Positions 59,325-64,000 of a stretch of DNA of 64,000 bases are shown here, piece by piece. This stretch comes from Nemertoderma westbladi (lineage: Eukaryota; Animalia; Xenacoelomorpha): positions 62,001 to 126,000 of the forward strand of contig JAUCBJ010000011.1 in NCBI GenBank assembly GCA_032718475.1, read 5' to 3'. Below the pieces are notes generated by a model that saw only the letters and a program-made list of their open reading frames with translations, was not told the origin of the DNA and did no database searches. Positions within the stretch are counted from its first letter, which is position 1. Each line of letters opens with the position of its first letter. Both the position numbers and the translations under genes were made by a program.

Positions 59325-60492
59325 TGTTCGCGCTTTCAGACCTTTGGCAGTTTAACCCGCCAAATTAGGATGTCTTCTAGATAATAATTCGCTTTTAGCC
59401 TATGACAAGTATTTGATTCACTACACTAGTCGAAACCAATCTGTGCACGATCATTCACCCGCTGGATATACCCGGGAGATTGGGTTCGACGGCTTAATCG
59501 TATTGCTATGTAGGCCTAATGTATTATTCGACTGACAGTATTATATAATCTCTGACAATATTATTCACCTTCGGGAAATATTAACAGTTCCTTTAGGACG
59601 TGGCGCTCTACCTATATAAACAGAGTTATGACTTAAACTACTCACAACGATATGGCTTAGTTATAATTCACATATATGGCGCATTCTTTAGGAAATGCTT
59701 CGTTATCAGTCTCACTCATACACAATGCTGCACAATACTGCACACTGATCTGCCGATCTTCACTGATTTTAGTCACATATAAAAGGAACACGGACCGAAT
59801 CATGTAGGGTCTATCAAATAACATTAGATTCACTTCAAACCACTTTAACATAAGTCACAATCGTTATATGTAACCTTTCTCTCTTACCTTCGGTATATCA
59901 AGAATATTGGGTTTTCGGGGTTATTTATCGTTATTCCAAATATAATAATTCATCAACCATATTATGAAGAACTGACAGTAAATAGCAGTATAACAATATA
60001 AAAGTATGCACAGGTTGTTTGATTAGGTATGGTATGTTATGTTTAGATATGATAACGGATATATGTCCTTATAATTAAGCCTACTAGTGTAAGACTAAAA
60101 ACTGGAAACACGGAGGTGCCAAAAGCCGGTTCTTAGGCTCTGGGCAAAAACATAACACTGAACCGATAAGAATAATCTTATTTACAAAGGCTTCCACCCA
60201 CCACAGAGAAAGAGCATACAGATAGGAAAATTCAGTTCAGTAGATCTGTGATAGGTCGAAATCAAAATCAACTCAAATCCTATTGGCAGATACAGAAAGC
60301 AGGGCTGTGGGGCAACTTTCCCAAGCTGGTTGGACAATCAAACGTAGCCCAGATCCCTTCGCACAGCAAATCAGCCAATCAGCCGGTAGCTTGCGCTATT
60401 CGAGTTATAGATCCCTTTTTAGAGTATTCCAGCGCCTGGGGGGAACTGGTTAGCAAGGCAAACGAATCAGTTATCCCACAAAAGCTTTTACA
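59325..60492 (-). repeat. 5' LTR of the BEL/Pao element
   Basis: 1168 bp; sense TGTAAAAGC...GCGCGAACA. Confidence 0.97.
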
Positions 60493-61051
60493 AGTCCCAA
60501 TCCCAATAAACATTAACTTGGTCATTTTGGCGGCCAAAATTACCAAAATGGCCAAGTAAAAACTGCGGTATTCATGAAAGGAACTGCTGAGGCACGTTGG
60601 CTTGTCAATCACAGCCAGTGAATACAGGCTGAGTGTTAGTAAAGCCCAGCATGTTGGCGCTGAGGTAGAGTTCTGAGGTAGAGTTCTCTCTACCTTTAGG
60701 TAGAGAGAAAGGCTCCAGTGTAGTAATGGCTGGGCTCGCCACTGTAGTAAACAACATGCCCGTAAGAGTGCAGTGTGAGGCGCCCTAACTTATTATTTTC
60801 TACATATTTTTTACTAATCTAATAATTAACACACCTTTACCTGTCACTTAGGTTAAAAAGCAGTGTGCTAGCACTTGCAGCGTAATAATTAATTATTTAC
60901 TTTAATTCTATTTGATTGGTATTAAAAATAACAAGTTCATATATTTAATTTGTAAAAATTCTTTAAAATATGAGAAAAGTACTTTACATAGATTTTTCTT
61001 TATTTAGCTGTTTAGTACGCTATAATATAAATGCTCTCATAAATACAGTTA

Positions 61052-61301
61052 GGGGGGGGGGGGGGGGGGGGGGACTGGACGCAATAAAAATGCATCACTC
61101 TCTAGGGGAAATTTGACGCAAATAATAGATGATTACTCTCAAAAATAAAACTGTAATGTTCATTTATGTTTAATTTATTGTTTTGGTTAAAATAACGTGC
61201 CACTATAACCTGCTCCTTTCCCTAAATTGAGAATTTAACATTGAGGAGGGATATTAATTCGCCAAGGCGAGTTTTGCGTCCAGTCCCCCCCCCCCCCCCC
61301 C
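61052..61301. mobile_element. Small MITE with poly-G/poly-C termini
   Basis: TIRs (g)n-actggacgcaa / ttgcgtccagt-(c)n. Confidence 0.75.
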
Positions 61302-61450
61302 TTGTCTCGATAAATAATAATTACATCATCATAAATTCACCCAAATATGCCGACTCTGTTGACTGTTAGCACAGAGCCAGAGCCTGATATTATATTGTTT
61401 TCAGTTACTATCGCCCTCGAATTCAGACCCAGCTACTAGAAATAGGCCGC

Positions 61451-64000
61451 TGTAAAAGCCTTTGCTGAATTGCCCCGTTATTTTTATTATCTTTTACATT
61501 AAAATACTCTGTAGTTGATTTAATAAGTGTAAGAGACCGTATTATTGCTGTATCGGTGTTTTTAGAGGATCTAAGACCTATTTCCTCCGTATGTGTACTG
61601 TGAAAGGCATATTTTATGATTCTATGGCAATTCGTGACGCAAAGGGGTGATAGCTACTCTTGAACAGTAGTTACTATGACTACGGTTAACAGCTGACATT
61701 CATACGTGTTGATTTCCTTTGTTCTACGGCGTCTCTCAGTTCAGTCAGCCAATGAGAGCGTTTTTGTGGCTCCTTGTACAGAAAATTTCCGAGAAATGAC
61801 GCAATGCCTATGTGCAGTGTTTACATTCAGTCCTGAGCCTAAGAAAGAACGGCTTGGAAGTATTTTGTGCCTTACTGTTTTTGGTCTTACACTAGTAGGT
61901 TTAATTATAAAGGGCATATATCCTTTAACATACCTAAAGACTACTGCTAACTGATCATACATCCTGACTGCTGAAACATTGCAAACTCGTAACAATCAGT
62001 GTTCAGTTGTTGTTTTATACTGCTATTTACTGTCAGTTCTTCATAATATGGTTGATGAATTATTATATTTGGAATAACGATAAATAACCCCGCAACCCAA
62101 TATTCTTGATATACCGAAGGTAAGAGAGAAAGGTTACCAATAACGATTGTGACTTATGTTAAAGTGGTTTGAAGTGAATCTAATGTTATTTGATAGACCC
62201 TACATGAGTCAGCCTGTGTTCCTTTTATATGTGACTAAAATCAGTGAAGATTGGCAGATTAGTGTGCAGTATTGTGCAGCATTGTGTATGAGTGAGTCTG
62301 TTAAAGAAGCAATTCCTAAAGAATGCGCCATATATGTGAATTATAATTAAGCCATATCGTTGTGAGTAGTTTAAGTCATAACTCTGTTTATATAGATAAA
62401 GCGCCACGTCCTAAAGGAACTGTTAATATTCCCGAAGGTGAATAATATTGTCAGAGATTATATAATACTGTCAGTCGAATAATACATTAGGCTTACATAG
62501 CAATAAAAATTAAACCGTCGAACCCAATCTCCCGGGAATATCCAGCGGGTGAATGGTCGCGCACGGATTGGTTTCGACTAGTGTAGTGAATCAAATACTT
62601 ATCATAGACTAAAAACAGATTTAATATCTAGAAGACATCTTAATTTGGTGGGTTAAACTGCCAAAGGTCTGAAAGCGCGAACATTAAAGGATATAGCTTC
62701 TTTATTGCAGTAAGCAATAAAGTCGAAAGTACCGGTCGACCGGTAACCAGTCGGCCTGACTGCCTGATCATCCGGACCGGTACCTACTTCCGTATAAGTA
62801 CAGCAGTATTATTCGATTTGATTATATATGCCGGTAGGTCTTAATAATTAATCGGGGACGCCTGGTTTTTATTGGGATTTTACTTAGGCCTATTTCTGTC
62901 AGTTTTATTTGTTTGTAGGCCAGTATTGAACAGAAGGCGTGTAAACCTGATCAGATTGTACAGACAATTTGTAGGCTGAGCTGTTGTCTGATTGCTGTTA
63001 AGTCCGAACGAATTGCAGTGTGTGTAGAGCACTTGTCCGATTAAGTACGGTTAGGAAGTAGGGGCAGCAACGCTGTAAGGTAATCCCCCAACTAAAGAAT
63101 AAGTCGCACTACTGGGTTAGAGCGCATACTCCCTAATCATTTCGGAGTCTGCATGTCCTGTAATTTATTTAGGCTTGAGAGTAGTCTGCCATCGTTTAGT
63201 CTGTACTTTGTTTGTGTAAGTCTGTACGGGTAGCGTATAATTTTATTTAGATAATTTGTAGGCTGGATAGTTGTCTGGCTGTTATTAGGTCTGAACGGAT
63301 TGCCGCGTGTGTAGATCATCTGTCCGATTAAGTACGGTTAGGCAGTAGGGGCAGCGAACGCTGTAAGGTAAACCCCCAACTAAAGAATAAGTCGCACTAC
63401 TGGGTTAGAGCGCATACTCCCTAATCATTTCGGAGTCTGCATATACCGTAGTTTGTTTAGGCTTGATAGTAGTCTGTCAGTGTTCGGTCTGTATTTTGTT
63501 TGAGTAGTTTGTACGCGTAGCGTAATATTTATTATTCAGAGTTTATGCGATTATTCGCAACATTCATTCCCCAAGTTTGTTCCTACAGTAATTGTGTTTG
63601 TTATACATACCGCTATAGTTAAATTAACCTCGGTACTACACGGGCTGCTCGGCGTAGGTAAAGACTGGTGATTTTGTGCATCGGTCACTCCAGCAGATGC
63701 CGTGGTTCTTTTAGCTGTTCAAGTATATTTAATTACTGATTATCTGTTGTACAAGTACTCGTACCTAATTTAGGGTTTAGTGTACAGTGCTTTCCGAAGT
63801 AATTATTGTAGGCATTATATTTGTGTTGTAAAGTGGTTGATAGGCACATTCGATTAGCTCTATTAACTTCTAGGTAGGAACATTCCGTGATACATAACGT
63901 AGAACCTATAGCGATACGGCTATAGGTCGTCAGGCGGTGGTATTTTCCTATCTAGACAACGCAGTGTATTTACTACTACTTATTATTTCAAATACCGTAG
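61451..64000 (+). mobile_element. Second, related BEL/Pao element: 5' LTR (61451-62683) and leader, continuing beyond the window
   Basis: Starts tgtaaaagcc and ends gcgcgaaca. 62015-64000 is a close inverted homolog of about 57930-59995, while the first ~430 bp of the LTR are strongly diverged. Confidence 0.92.
62684..62695 (+). promoter_or_regulatory. Non-tRNA primer-binding site candidate of the second element (complementary to 61917-61928)
   Basis: TTAAAGGATATA abuts the LTR end and is the exact reverse complement of TATATCCTTTAA in its own LTR. Confidence 0.7.

Larger units (their letters stand above)
43366..60492 (-). mobile_element. BEL/Pao LTR retrotransposon, 17.1 kb, full length but with coding lesions
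   Basis: Two 1168-bp TG...CA LTRs; 5-bp TSD agtcc (43361-43365 / 60493-60497); gag with three zinc knuckles followed by PR-RT-RH-IN with BEL/Pao motifs. Confidence 0.97.

Overview
AT-rich, repeat-dense animal (invertebrate-like) nuclear DNA; the species cannot be named from sequence. Host genes: a full-length ABCA1/4/7-group lipid transporter with an intronless 7 kb CDS (26079-33113, -), an intronless PPP1R35-like gene (12111-13142, +) and the first two exons of an unidentified spliced gene (2937-3435, -). The rest is mostly mobile DNA: CR1- and RTE-type LINEs, hAT/Mutator/TTAA-type MITEs, a foldback element, a Helentron-like (HINE) element with a 3.1 kb (CAGT)n tract, and several minisatellites. 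A 17.1 kb BEL/Pao LTR retrotransposon (43366-60492, -) has near-identical 1168 bp LTRs and a 5-bp TSD, and the 5' end of a related element lies head-to-head with it (61451-64000, +). Most notable: neither BEL/Pao element has a tRNA primer-binding site. Instead, the 11 nt directly after each 5' LTR are the exact reverse complement of an 11-mer inside that element's own LTR, and both halves change together between the two elements. This matches the Tf1-type tRNA-independent self-priming signature, which I know only from Ty3/Gypsy elements.
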